64,000 bases of DNA, taken from the NCBI GenBank assembly GCA_965248355.1, contig OZ252098.1:3424001-3488000 (forward strand). Direction: 5' to 3'. This document shows, piece after piece, positions 9,401-20,140 of the stretch. The notes under the pieces are model-generated. The model saw only the letters and a program-made list of their open reading frames with translations. It had not been told where the DNA came from and searched no databases. The translations under genes were made by a program, and so were the position numbers. The stretch's first letter is position 1. Every line of letters starts with the position of its first letter. Source of the DNA: Candidatus Latescibacterota bacterium. Lineage in GTDB: Bacteria; Latescibacterota; UBA2968; UBA8231.

Positions 9401-9873
9401 GGCAGGAGGACCTGGGCGTGGTGGCGACCCCCGCCTTCGAGCAACTGGTCGGCGTCGCCGCGGGAGCCGCCTCCATGGAGGAGCTGCTCGACACGCTCCT
9501 GCTGGGCCGCGAGGGCGACGTGACCCGCCGCGACGGCACGCCGACAACCCAGGCGGTGGCCCTGATGACGATGCATGCCGCCAAGGGCCTCGAGTTCCCG
9601 GTGGTGATTCTCTGCGGCCTGGAGGACGGGCTCGTGCCGCTGCGGGACGGGGACGGCGCCACCGACCTGGCAGAGGAGCGGCGCCTGCTGTTCGTGGCCC
9701 TCACCCGGGCCCGGGAGCGGCTGATCCTCACCCGGGCGCGGCACCGCACCATGCGCGGGCGGCTCCGCAGCCTGCCGCCGTCGCCGTTCCTGGCCGACCT
9801 GCCCCCGGAGCTGTGCGCCCGCGAGGACGCCGCCACCCCCCGGCGGAGCGCCGCCCAACTCGAGCTGTTCTAG
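6469..9873 (+). CDS. Endonuclease Q-like PHP/Zn-finger domain fused to a UvrD/PcrA SF1 helicase
   Basis: N-terminal ADIHLHSRWSRATS, HIWTP, ETGLSSD, SNSDAHS, GKYH...C..CPRC, PGYDGEYG; helicase motifs AGPGSGKT, TFT, DEFQD, GDPDQAIYGFRGA, NYRS, TMHAAKGLEF, EERRLLFVALTRAR. Confidence 0.92.
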   Translation: MSRMEFVADIHLHSRWSRATSRDLNPESMHKWSQLKGIGVVGTADFTHPEWLAELKEKLEPAEEGLFRLRPKLAAAVDGQVPPSCRGEVRFLLTVEISSIYKRGGRTRKVHNVVCLPGFDAVDDLDRRLSAIGNLASDGRPILGLDSRDLLEICLEVDPRVLFIPAHIWTPHFAVLGASSGFDSLQECFDDLLPHIFAVETGLSSDPPMNSRLSALDRYAVVSNSDAHSPSRLGREATCFDTELSYTGILEALRSRDPSRFTGTIEFYPEEGKYHYDGHRKCGVRWKPAETRAADGLCPRCGRKLTVGVLHRVENLADRGEEERPPVDRPFEYLIALDEVIGSCIGVGPKSKRVQGVYRHLLEQLGPELPLLRAADPEHIAACGEPLVAEGVRRMRQGRVAIEPGYDGEYGVIQVFTGEERRRLEGQGRLFNLAPEEASPAAPSAAAAVDTGAVDAAAAGAPPVDAAAVDAADVVERIASGPVEGESRVDSLLEAAQDIAAGMTLEGLDDDQQEAVRAPGPVAVIAGPGSGKTRTLTRRIAWLVREQSCPPERIAAVTFTQRAAREMGERLEDLLGEQAGAVRVGTFHRLAIGWTTGLTGADAPLVVDEAESLGLLRDVLARPGKAPAPARQVRERISRWKADGLRPSDLAGEPLAAAYGAYQERLDACGARDYDDLLLDLLELLRGSESAARQAAAGHDHLLVDEFQDVNAVQYELVKRLAGSGEGLFVIGDPDQAIYGFRGADPGFFTRLGQDFPAISVHRLDRNYRSDPGIVAASRAVIAGGRPRAIGAEAAGDGPVPCVRLVEAGSEQAEGIAVVHAVQELVGGTDMVATDRASGVSEPGSYAFDDVAVLFRTGRQAAVLEECFLTEGLPYSISGPRRFLEERGARDAVAFFRYALKQERPLRMLEALRTGPFDAGAAALGRLSAAIASPEEMEAAVGGLSTGAAAKVEALRRAAAGYARRADDEPPDKVLRVWQEDLGVVATPAFEQLVGVAAGAASMEELLDTLLLGREGDVTRRDGTPTTQAVALMTMHAAKGLEFPVVILCGLEDGLVPLRDGDGATDLAEERRLLFVALTRARERLILTRARHRTMRGRLRSLPPSPFLADLPPELCAREDAATPRRSAAQLELF

Positions 9874-9954
9874 ATAGAAGGAAGGATCTCCGGCGGTACC
9901 CTGGGTGCCGCCGGGGACGAATCTCGCGAAGGCCGTGCCGGCGGGACGCCGCGC

Positions 9955-10707
9955 TCAGCGGTACTGGTCCAGGTCCCCCCGGTACTCCAGGCCCAGCACC
10001 TCCATGCCGCGGCGACGGTTGCAGAAGGCGTCCGCCTCCTCGGCGCCGGCCATGTTCAGCACCTCGAGCTCCAGCCCCTCCCGCTCGACGGCGAGCCGGC
10101 AGGCCTGGGCCAGGTCGTGGCGGCAGACCCAGCCGGTGCTCCAGCGGCCGCGCAGGTCGTAGCGGGACTTCCCGATCCCCAGGCGGCTGTCGACGATGTA
10201 GCACGGCCGCAGCACGACGATGGACAGCCCGAAGGCCTCGTGCATCTGCCGGCACATCTCCTCCTGCAGCCGCTTGTGGACGGCGTAGAGGCTGCCGTCG
10301 GGCCGGCGCACCTCGCTGTCGAAGAACACGCCCCGCGGGTGCTCCACGTGGCAGGAGCCGATGTGGACCACGCGGCCCACCTCGAGCAGCCGCGAGGCCT
10401 CCAGCACGTTGAACAGGCCCTTCAGGTTGACCAGGTACGACCGGTCGTCGCCGTAGCCGTCCTCGGTGCGGGAGCTGTACACGGCCGTGTGGATGATGGC
10501 GTCCGAGCCCTCGACGGCGGCGTGGACGGCCTCGTAGTCGCAGATGTCGGCGTGAACGGTCTCGCCATCCCAGTCGCCGTCGATGTCCCGCAAGTTGTCC
10601 CAGGCGCCGGGACCGTGGTCGACGGCGCGCACTTGGTGGCGGTCCTTCAGGTTGGCCAGGATGGCGCGGCCGGCCCAGCCGGCGGCGCCGAAGACGGTGA
10701 CCTTCAT
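9955..10707 (-). CDS. NAD-dependent epimerase/dehydratase (extended SDR)
   Basis: GGAGGAG RBS; GAAGWAG Rossmann motif; YAVHK (YxxxK); DLAQA. Confidence 0.88.
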   Translation of the reverse strand: MKVTVFGAAGWAGRAILANLKDRHQVRAVDHGPGAWDNLRDIDGDWDGETVHADICDYEAVHAAVEGSDAIIHTAVYSSRTEDGYGDDRSYLVNLKGLFNVLEASRLLEVGRVVHIGSCHVEHPRGVFFDSEVRRPDGSLYAVHKRLQEEMCRQMHEAFGLSIVVLRPCYIVDSRLGIGKSRYDLRGRWSTGWVCRHDLAQACRLAVEREGLELEVLNMAGAEEADAFCNRRRGMEVLGLEYRGDLDQYR

Positions 10708-10907
10708 CGATTCTCCTCCCGCAGCCACTGCCAGAACTGTTTCCACGTGCCGCCGAGGGGGTGGGCGTCGTGGACTCGGTGGACCTGGTGATGCTCGGCC
10801 TCCGACCGGGCGAGGATGTCGTCGAAGGTCCGCCCCCGCGCCCGGCGCAGGAACATGAGGACGAGCAGGGCGAGGATGGCGTAGAGGGCGATCCCGAAAC
10901 CGAACAT
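10704..10907 (-). CDS. Small single-pass membrane protein (67 aa)
   Basis: Hydrophobic N-terminus MFGFGIALYAILALLVLMFL then RRAR; stop overlaps the next start (ATGA). Confidence 0.6.
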   Translation of the reverse strand: MFGFGIALYAILALLVLMFLRRARGRTFDDILARSEAEHHQVHRVHDAHPLGGTWKQFWQWLREENR

Positions 10908-11011
10908 GCGGCCAAAGCTGCGGCCGGAGCCGCCGGCTGGCAAGCCGCTCCCCCGTGCCGGGGTCCGGCCTCGGGCCGCCGGGCGCCAAAGGGCCGTCAG
11001 ACCCGCCCCAG

Positions 11012-11029
11012 GTGTCCGCCGGTGGACAC
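11012..11029. promoter_or_regulatory. Palindromic candidate enhancer (UAS) GTGTCC-N6-GGACAC
   Basis: Perfect 6-bp arms, about 90 bp upstream of a sigma54 -24/-12 box. Confidence 0.55.
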
Positions 11030-11115
11030 TTCTGTATCGCCAGCGACCATCCGCCCGCCATGCGAGAATCCTTCCGGGTGCCGCAACTGCATGTCGGAGA
11101 GGGAGTACCGCCTGG

Positions 11116-11131
11116 TGGCGCGGTTGTTGCT
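11116..11131 (+). promoter_or_regulatory. Sigma54 (-24/-12) promoter of the ABC permease operon
   Basis: TGGCGCGGTTGTTGCT matches TGGCACG-N4-TTGCW with exact GG-N10-GC spacing, 72 bp before the first start codon. Confidence 0.65.
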
Positions 11132-11203
11132 ACCCTGGATGGAGCCGGCCGTCCGCTCACGGGCACCGCCCCGGCCGGACCACGAACCGGAAGAGAGGAA
11201 CCA

Positions 11204-13573
11204 TTGCTGGCTCACTACCTGACGACGGCCCTGCGCCTGCTGTGGAGGGAGCGCGGGTACGCGGCGATCAACGTCTTCGGTCTCGCCATCGGCTTTTCCC
11301 TGTGCCTGCTGATCGTCCAGTTCACCACCTATCAGCTGGCCGTGGGCGACTACCACGACAACGCGGATCGCGTCTACCGGCTCCTGGGACCCGGGTGGCG
11401 GGGCTCAGGGTTCACCACGAGTGTGCCGGTCCGCATGGGCCCGACCCTCGAGGAGCAACTGCCCCAGGTGGAGAAGGCGGTCCGCTTCCGCGAGGTCGGG
11501 CCGACGCAGCTCCGGGTCGGGGCCAAGGAGGGGCTTTCCGGCGACGTGATGACCGCGGAGGCCGGCGTCCTCGAGGTCTTCGGCTTCCCCCTCCTGCGCG
11601 GAGACCCGGAGACGGCCCTGACGCGCCCCTACACCATGGTCCTCACCGAGCCCCTGGCCCGCCGCCTCTTCGGCGAGAGCGACCCAATGGGACAGGTCGT
11701 CCGCGTCGACGAGAAGTTCGACTACGAGGTCACGGGCATCGTGAGCCAGCCGCCCTCCAGCTCCCTGCTGCAGTTCTCGGCGCTGCTCTCCTTTGCAACC
11801 CTGTACGAGGAGAACCGGGCCATGATGGAGTCGAAGGGCGTCAAGGCCTTCATCACCTTCGTTCAGCTGACCCCCGGCGCCGACCCGGCGGCGGTCGCCG
11901 CGCGCCTGCCCGCCATGGCCGAGGAGCTCATGGGCAGACCCGACGCGGAGGGTGCCTTGTACAAGCTCCAGCCTCTGAAGTCGATCGCCTTCGACTCGGA
12001 GGTGCCCAACAGCCTCGGTCCGAGCGGCAATCCCCTGTACCTGGCGGTCTGCGCCGCCCTGGCGGCGGTGATCCTGATCATCGCGGGCGTCAACTATGTG
12101 AACCTGTCCACGGCGCGAGCCGACCGGCGGACCCACGAGATCGGCGTGCGCAAGGCCCTCGGCGCCCACCGCGGACAGCTCATCCGCCAGCTCCTGAGCG
12201 AGTCGGTGGTGCTCAGCGCCGGGGCCACGATCCTCGGCGCGGCACTGGCAGAGATCCTGATCCGCCTCCCCGCCCTGATCACGGGAATGGACATCGAGCT
12301 GCCCTTCATGCGCTGGACCCTCCCCGCCTGCGCCGGGGCCGCGGCCCTGGCCCTCGGGGTCGGACTGGCGGCCGGCGCCTACCCCGCCTGGGTCGTGGCC
12401 CGCTTCCAGCCGGACGCCGTGGTGCGCCGAGGCCGCGGCGGCCGAGGCGGCGGCGCCCGCCTGCGCCAGGTCCTCGTGGTGGGCCAGTTCACGGTCACCG
12501 CGGCGCTGATGACGATGACCCTGCTCATCTGGAACCAGGTCGACTACATCCAGGATCTGCTCCGCCGCGACTCCTCCATGGGGTTCGAGCCGGAGCAGGT
12601 GATGGTCATCCACAACCGCGGGCTGTCCCTGGAGCAGGCCCGGATCCTCAAGTCCGAGCTGCTCCAGGACAGCCGCGTCGCCCTGGTGAGCCTCTCCGAG
12701 ACGCTGCCCGGCACGCTCAGCAAGGCGTGGTACGAGGTGGAGGGGGAGGACGCGGGCAAGGTGCAGGTGAGGACCTATGGAGTGGACGGCGACTTCTTCG
12801 GGATGATGGGCCTGCGCATGAGCCGTGGCCGCGCCCTCACCGACGAGCCCTCCGACGACCGGGCGGCCGTCATCAACGAGACCGCCGTGCGCAGGATGGG
12901 CTGGGAGGATCCCCTGGGCAAGACGATCACCGGCTACCAGGGCCTGGATCTGCGCGTCGTGGGCGTCGTCGAGGACTTCCACTTCGACGGGCCCCACAAG
13001 AAGGTGGAGCCCCTGCTCATGGCGCCCGTCTCCAACGTCGGCGCCATCCCCGTGCGCGCGCGCCCCGGGCACCTCGACGAGGTCAACGGGTTGATCGACG
13101 AGAAGTGGGCCTCCCTCTCCCCCCACCGGCCCATCCAGCGCCAGCCCCTCGAAGAGGTCTTCGCCGGCCTCTACATGGAGGAGCTGCTCATGGGCCGCGC
13201 CCTCACGGTCTTCCTGTCCTTCGCCATCGCCGTGGCCTTGGTGGGGCTCTTCGGCATGGCCGCCCACTCCGCCCGGAACCGCACCCGCGAGATCGGCGTG
13301 CGCAAGGTCTTCGGCGCCTCCACCGCCGGCCTCACGGCCATGATGCTGCGGGACTTCGCCAGGCCCGTGAGCCTCGCCCTCCTCCTCAGCGTCCCCATCG
13401 CCTGGTGGCTCGCCGGCCTGTGGCTGCAGAACTACACCTACCACGTGGAGGTCGGCGCCGGCCTGTTCCTGACGTCGGCCGCTCTCTCCTTCCTGGTCGC
13501 CGGCCTGACCGTGGGCCACCAGGCGATCCGGGCGGCCCTGACCAACCCCGTGGAGACGCTGCGCTCCGAGTAG
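11204..13573 (+). CDS. MacB/FtsX-family ABC permease 1 (duplicated periplasmic + FtsX domains)
   Basis: TTG start after GAGGA; HYLTTALR...INVFGLAIG; two EIGVRK motifs; ends TNPVETLRSE. Confidence 0.92.
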   Translation: MLAHYLTTALRLLWRERGYAAINVFGLAIGFSLCLLIVQFTTYQLAVGDYHDNADRVYRLLGPGWRGSGFTTSVPVRMGPTLEEQLPQVEKAVRFREVGPTQLRVGAKEGLSGDVMTAEAGVLEVFGFPLLRGDPETALTRPYTMVLTEPLARRLFGESDPMGQVVRVDEKFDYEVTGIVSQPPSSSLLQFSALLSFATLYEENRAMMESKGVKAFITFVQLTPGADPAAVAARLPAMAEELMGRPDAEGALYKLQPLKSIAFDSEVPNSLGPSGNPLYLAVCAALAAVILIIAGVNYVNLSTARADRRTHEIGVRKALGAHRGQLIRQLLSESVVLSAGATILGAALAEILIRLPALITGMDIELPFMRWTLPACAGAAALALGVGLAAGAYPAWVVARFQPDAVVRRGRGGRGGGARLRQVLVVGQFTVTAALMTMTLLIWNQVDYIQDLLRRDSSMGFEPEQVMVIHNRGLSLEQARILKSELLQDSRVALVSLSETLPGTLSKAWYEVEGEDAGKVQVRTYGVDGDFFGMMGLRMSRGRALTDEPSDDRAAVINETAVRRMGWEDPLGKTITGYQGLDLRVVGVVEDFHFDGPHKKVEPLLMAPVSNVGAIPVRARPGHLDEVNGLIDEKWASLSPHRPIQRQPLEEVFAGLYMEELLMGRALTVFLSFAIAVALVGLFGMAAHSARNRTREIGVRKVFGASTAGLTAMMLRDFARPVSLALLLSVPIAWWLAGLWLQNYTYHVEVGAGLFLTSAALSFLVAGLTVGHQAIRAALTNPVETLRSE

Positions 13574-13608
13574 CGGCGAACGGGATCCCGCCAGACGAAA
13601 GGATCGGC

Positions 13609-16232
<2,624 letters not shown>

Positions 16233-16251
16233 CCGCAAAAGGAGACATGCC

Positions 16252-16926
16252 ATGATCGAGATGCACGATATCGAGAAGTACCACCAGACGGGTTCCCTCA
16301 AGACCTACGTCCTGCGCCACGTGCACCTGAAGGTGGAGAAGGGCGAGTTCGTCTCCATCATGGGGCCGAGCGGCGCCGGCAAGTCGACGCTGCTCCACAT
16401 CATGGGCATGCTCGACGAGCCGACGGCCGGCACCTACCGGTTCCTCGGCCAGGAGGTGAGCGGCATGGGGGAGAAGGACCGCACCGAGGTGCACCGCCGG
16501 CACATCGGCTTTGTCTTCCAGGCCTACCACCTCATCGACGAGCAGACGGTCTACGAGAACCTGGAGATGCCCCTCCTCTACCAGAAGGTGAAGGGCTCCG
16601 AGCGCAAGGCGCGGGTGAGCGAGTTGCTCGACCGCTTCCAGATGGTGGCCAAGAGAGACCTCTTCCCGCACCAACTCTCCGGCGGCGAGCAGCAGCGCGT
16701 CGGCGTCGCCCGGGCCCTCATCGGCCAGCCGAGCCTGATTCTGGCCGACGAGCCCACGGGCAACCTCAACTCCCGGCAGGGAGAGGAGGTGATGGCCATG
16801 CTGCGGGAGCTGAACGACGAGGGCACGACGATCGTGCAGGTGACCCACTCGGAGAAGAACGCCGGCTACGGCAGCCGCGTGGTGCACCTGCTCGACGGCA
16901 AGGTACGGCAGGAGGGAAGCCCGTAA
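16252..16926 (+). CDS. ABC transporter ATP-binding protein (LolD/MacB-type)
   Basis: [30 protein letters not shown]. Confidence 0.96.
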   Translation: MIEMHDIEKYHQTGSLKTYVLRHVHLKVEKGEFVSIMGPSGAGKSTLLHIMGMLDEPTAGTYRFLGQEVSGMGEKDRTEVHRRHIGFVFQAYHLIDEQTVYENLEMPLLYQKVKGSERKARVSELLDRFQMVAKRDLFPHQLSGGEQQRVGVARALIGQPSLILADEPTGNLNSRQGEEVMAMLRELNDEGTTIVQVTHSEKNAGYGSRVVHLLDGKVRQEGSP

Positions 16927-16928
16927 CC

Positions 16929-19232
16929 GTGTGGCGCAACAATCTGATCGTCGCCTGGCGCAATTTGCGTCGCTATCGGATGTACACCGCGATCAACGTG
17001 GCCGGGCTGGCCGCGGCCTTCGCAGTGGCCATTTTCGTCGGGCTGAGTGTGCATAGTGCGCTGACGTGGGACCGCTTCCACGCCAAGGGCGAGCAGATCT
17101 ACCAAGTCTGCATGACGCATCCGATCTGGGAAGGGGAGGCCACTACGAGCACGCCGGAAGGCCTGGGCCCGGAGATGGTGGCCACACTCCCCGCTGTGCT
17201 GCGCTCGGTACGTACGCGGCATACATCCGGGCTGCTGCTCTACGGGGATCAGATGACAGAGGCGATGGGACGGTTCGCCGACCCCGGCTTCTTCGAGCTC
17301 TTCAGCTTCCCGCTGATCGCGGGCGATCCAAGGACGGTCCTCGACGGGCCGAACTCGATCGTGTTGTCGAGGCGGCTGGCACAGCGGCTGTTCGGCTCCG
17401 ACGACCCTATGGGCCAGACCCTGCAAGTAGTGGACCGGGGTATCCGCGGAGACTTCGTCGTCACCGGGGTCGCCGCCGATGTGCCGTACGAGTCCAGCCT
17501 GAAGTTCGACTGGGTGATCCCCACTCCGGGGCGCGGCGGAGGCGAGACCTACCTGCAGATCGCCGATGCCGCGGGCGTGGAGGCGGCTCTGGCCTTCGAC
17601 CCGGACCGGTACTGGGAGGGTTTTGAACTCGTCATCGTGCCGCTGTTCGACAAGCGGCTGCACCCCCAACTCAGTAGGGGGCAAGCGATGATGGAGTCGC
17701 TCTACCGCAACGGGTTCGTCGCTTGCCTCGTGCTGCTGCTGGCGTGCATCAACTACGCAAATCTGGCCGTGGGCATGTCGCTGACGAGGGCGCGCGAAGT
17801 GGGTCTGCGCAAGGTGGTCGGTGCCGGACGGGGACAACTGATGCGCCAGTACTTCGCCGAGTCCCTGCTGCTCAGCTTCGCCGCCCTGGCGCTCGCCGTG
17901 CCGCTGACGGGGATCTTTCTGCCGGGCCTGAATCGTCTGCTGATGGTGCCTGGATCGTTCGGATCGAGCCTCGACCTGCAGTTCACGCCGTGGACGGTGA
18001 TGGCCCTGGCCGGGGTCGGCGTGGTCATGGGGCTCGTGGCGGGCGCGTACCCGGCTCTGGTGCAGTCGCGGATGCAGCCCGTGGAGATCATGCAGGACAG
18101 GGTCCAGGTGCGAAGCCGTGCCAGCCGCATCCTGGTAGTCGTTCAGTTCGCGGCCTCCACGGTGTTCCTGACCACGGCCCTCGTCATGGACCGGCAGGTC
18201 GATCATTGGCTATCCCTGGATCAGGGCTACGACCCGCAACTCGTGGTCTGCATCCCGACGTTTGCGGGCTCCTCGAAAGAGGAAGGCGTGCATGAGTCGC
18301 GGCGCCTCCTCGAGATTTTCCGCCGGGAGGTCCTCCCCCTTTCGGGTGTGCTCTCCGTTTCCGGCTCCGAACAGTTCCCCGACAAAGTCAGTGACTTTCG
18401 CTTCGACGACCGGGAACGAGCGGATGTCTCGCTGATTGAGGCAGATCCGCACTTCCTGCGCACCCTCGGCCTGGAAGTGGTCGAGGGTGAGGACTTCCCC
18501 CCGGACCTGCTGGCCACCGGTCGTGTAGCGCTCGTAAACCAGCAGCTGGCGGCCACGCTGGAGGGGCCGGTTGTCGGCTCCTATCTCGAAGGGGGCCATC
18601 GGCCGCGGATTGTTGGCGTGGTCTCCGACTTCCAGCACGACGATCCGTTCGTCTTCGTGCCGGAACTCGTACTCAGCGTCCGGCCGGAGCGTCGCATTGG
18701 GACGGTGCTGGTGCGGGTTCGGCCCGAGGAGGTGCCCGAGACACTCGGCCAACTGCGCGAGGCTTGGGAACGGCTGTCGCCTGGGGTGCCCTTCAGCTAT
18801 CGCTTTCTCGAAGATCATATCGCCGAGCGTTTCTCTTTCCACGCCCGCATCATCAGCATGCTGCGCTGGGTGACCGGATTCCTTGTGCTGATCGCCTGTC
18901 TCGGCGTCTTCGGCATGGCCTCCCTCGCGGTCAGCCGGCGCACAAGAGAGGTGGGCGTGCGCAAGGTCCTCGGCGCCTCGACGGCGAGCGTGGCCGTGCT
19001 GCTGTCGTCGCAGTCCACGCGGCTTGTCCTGATCGCCGTTGTCATCGCCACGCCCCTGGCCTTCCAGCTCTCGGAGCACTTCCTCGCCACCGCCGTGAAC
19101 CGCATCGAGCTCGACCTGCTCAGCTACTCGGCCGGCGGCCTGATCACCCTGGGCCTGACGTGGCTGGTGACCGCATACCACGCGGTCCGGACGGCGCTGG
19201 TCAACCCGGTGGACTCGCTGCGCAGTGAGTAG
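16929..19232 (+). CDS. MacB/FtsX-family ABC permease 3
   Basis: NNLIVAWRNL...INVAGLA; EVGLRK and EVGVRK; ends NPVDSLRSE. Confidence 0.92.
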   Translation: MWRNNLIVAWRNLRRYRMYTAINVAGLAAAFAVAIFVGLSVHSALTWDRFHAKGEQIYQVCMTHPIWEGEATTSTPEGLGPEMVATLPAVLRSVRTRHTSGLLLYGDQMTEAMGRFADPGFFELFSFPLIAGDPRTVLDGPNSIVLSRRLAQRLFGSDDPMGQTLQVVDRGIRGDFVVTGVAADVPYESSLKFDWVIPTPGRGGGETYLQIADAAGVEAALAFDPDRYWEGFELVIVPLFDKRLHPQLSRGQAMMESLYRNGFVACLVLLLACINYANLAVGMSLTRAREVGLRKVVGAGRGQLMRQYFAESLLLSFAALALAVPLTGIFLPGLNRLLMVPGSFGSSLDLQFTPWTVMALAGVGVVMGLVAGAYPALVQSRMQPVEIMQDRVQVRSRASRILVVVQFAASTVFLTTALVMDRQVDHWLSLDQGYDPQLVVCIPTFAGSSKEEGVHESRRLLEIFRREVLPLSGVLSVSGSEQFPDKVSDFRFDDRERADVSLIEADPHFLRTLGLEVVEGEDFPPDLLATGRVALVNQQLAATLEGPVVGSYLEGGHRPRIVGVVSDFQHDDPFVFVPELVLSVRPERRIGTVLVRVRPEEVPETLGQLREAWERLSPGVPFSYRFLEDHIAERFSFHARIISMLRWVTGFLVLIACLGVFGMASLAVSRRTREVGVRKVLGASTASVAVLLSSQSTRLVLIAVVIATPLAFQLSEHFLATAVNRIELDLLSYSAGGLITLGLTWLVTAYHAVRTALVNPVDSLRSE

Positions 19233-19268
19233 ACAAATGGCGCCGTCGCCACCAGAGGAGTTCAGGAC

Positions 19269-20135
19269 ATGAAGAAGAGTCATCTTGCATGCAGCATCCC
19301 GGCATCGCTGCTGTTGCTCGCCGGGCTGCCGGCCGCGGCGGCCGATTCGACGGGACTCTCCTATGAGGTCCGCTTCACCGAGGAGGAGATGACCCTGGAC
19401 GGCCATGGCCACGAAAGCAGTTGGGCCCTGGCTCCGGTCATCGAGCTGACCGACCGGCACTACACCAGCCTGATGCCGATCGACTCCGTGAGCACGCGGG
19501 TGAAGGCCCTGTGGAACGACAAGGGGTTGATGGTCCTGTACCACTGCCTGGACGCCGACATCCAGGCCGAGGTCACCGAACGGGACGGGCCCGTGTACAC
19601 CGACGACGCCGTGGAACTGTTCCTCGACCCGGACATGGACGGCGCCCACTACCTCCAGGTGGCGGTCAATCTCCGAAGCACGAAGAGGGACGTTCTCATC
19701 CCCGAGGCGGGCGGCACAACCCTCGCTTCCGGCTGGGATTCCGGTCTCATGAGCGCCGTCTACGCGGAGGGCACCCTCACGGATCGGTCGGACCGGGACG
19801 AGTGGTGGACGATGGAACTGTTCCTTCCCTGGAGCGGCCTGGACAGGAAAGCCCTGGAGTTGAACTGGGAGAGCGATGACGTCACCTACGAGGTGAACGC
19901 GAGGGACGTGCTGGGCGAACAGGCGGTTCCGCCCCGGGCCGGCGACAGGTGGAAGGCCAACTTCAATCGCTTCGACCAGGGCCGGGGCGTGAGGAAGACC
20001 CTGGTCGATGAAGAAGGAGGCATCATCGGCTACAAGGACGGGGATGTCGCCAGCGGGTGGGGGGTCTCTCCCACCTCGGGTTCCTTCCACGAACCGTCGT
20101 ACTGGGGCGTACTGGTATTCGTCAGAGAGGAGTAG
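19269..20135 (+). CDS. Secreted CBM9-like sugar-binding domain protein
   Basis: Signal peptide; LDG..E.SW, VKALWND, DDAVELFLDPD, WTMELFLPW, WKANFNR, FHEP.YWG. Confidence 0.8.
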   Translation: MKKSHLACSIPASLLLLAGLPAAAADSTGLSYEVRFTEEEMTLDGHGHESSWALAPVIELTDRHYTSLMPIDSVSTRVKALWNDKGLMVLYHCLDADIQAEVTERDGPVYTDDAVELFLDPDMDGAHYLQVAVNLRSTKRDVLIPEAGGTTLASGWDSGLMSAVYAEGTLTDRSDRDEWWTMELFLPWSGLDRKALELNWESDDVTYEVNARDVLGEQAVPPRAGDRWKANFNRFDQGRGVRKTLVDEEGGIIGYKDGDVASGWGVSPTSGSFHEPSYWGVLVFVREE

Positions 20136-20140
20136 GAACC

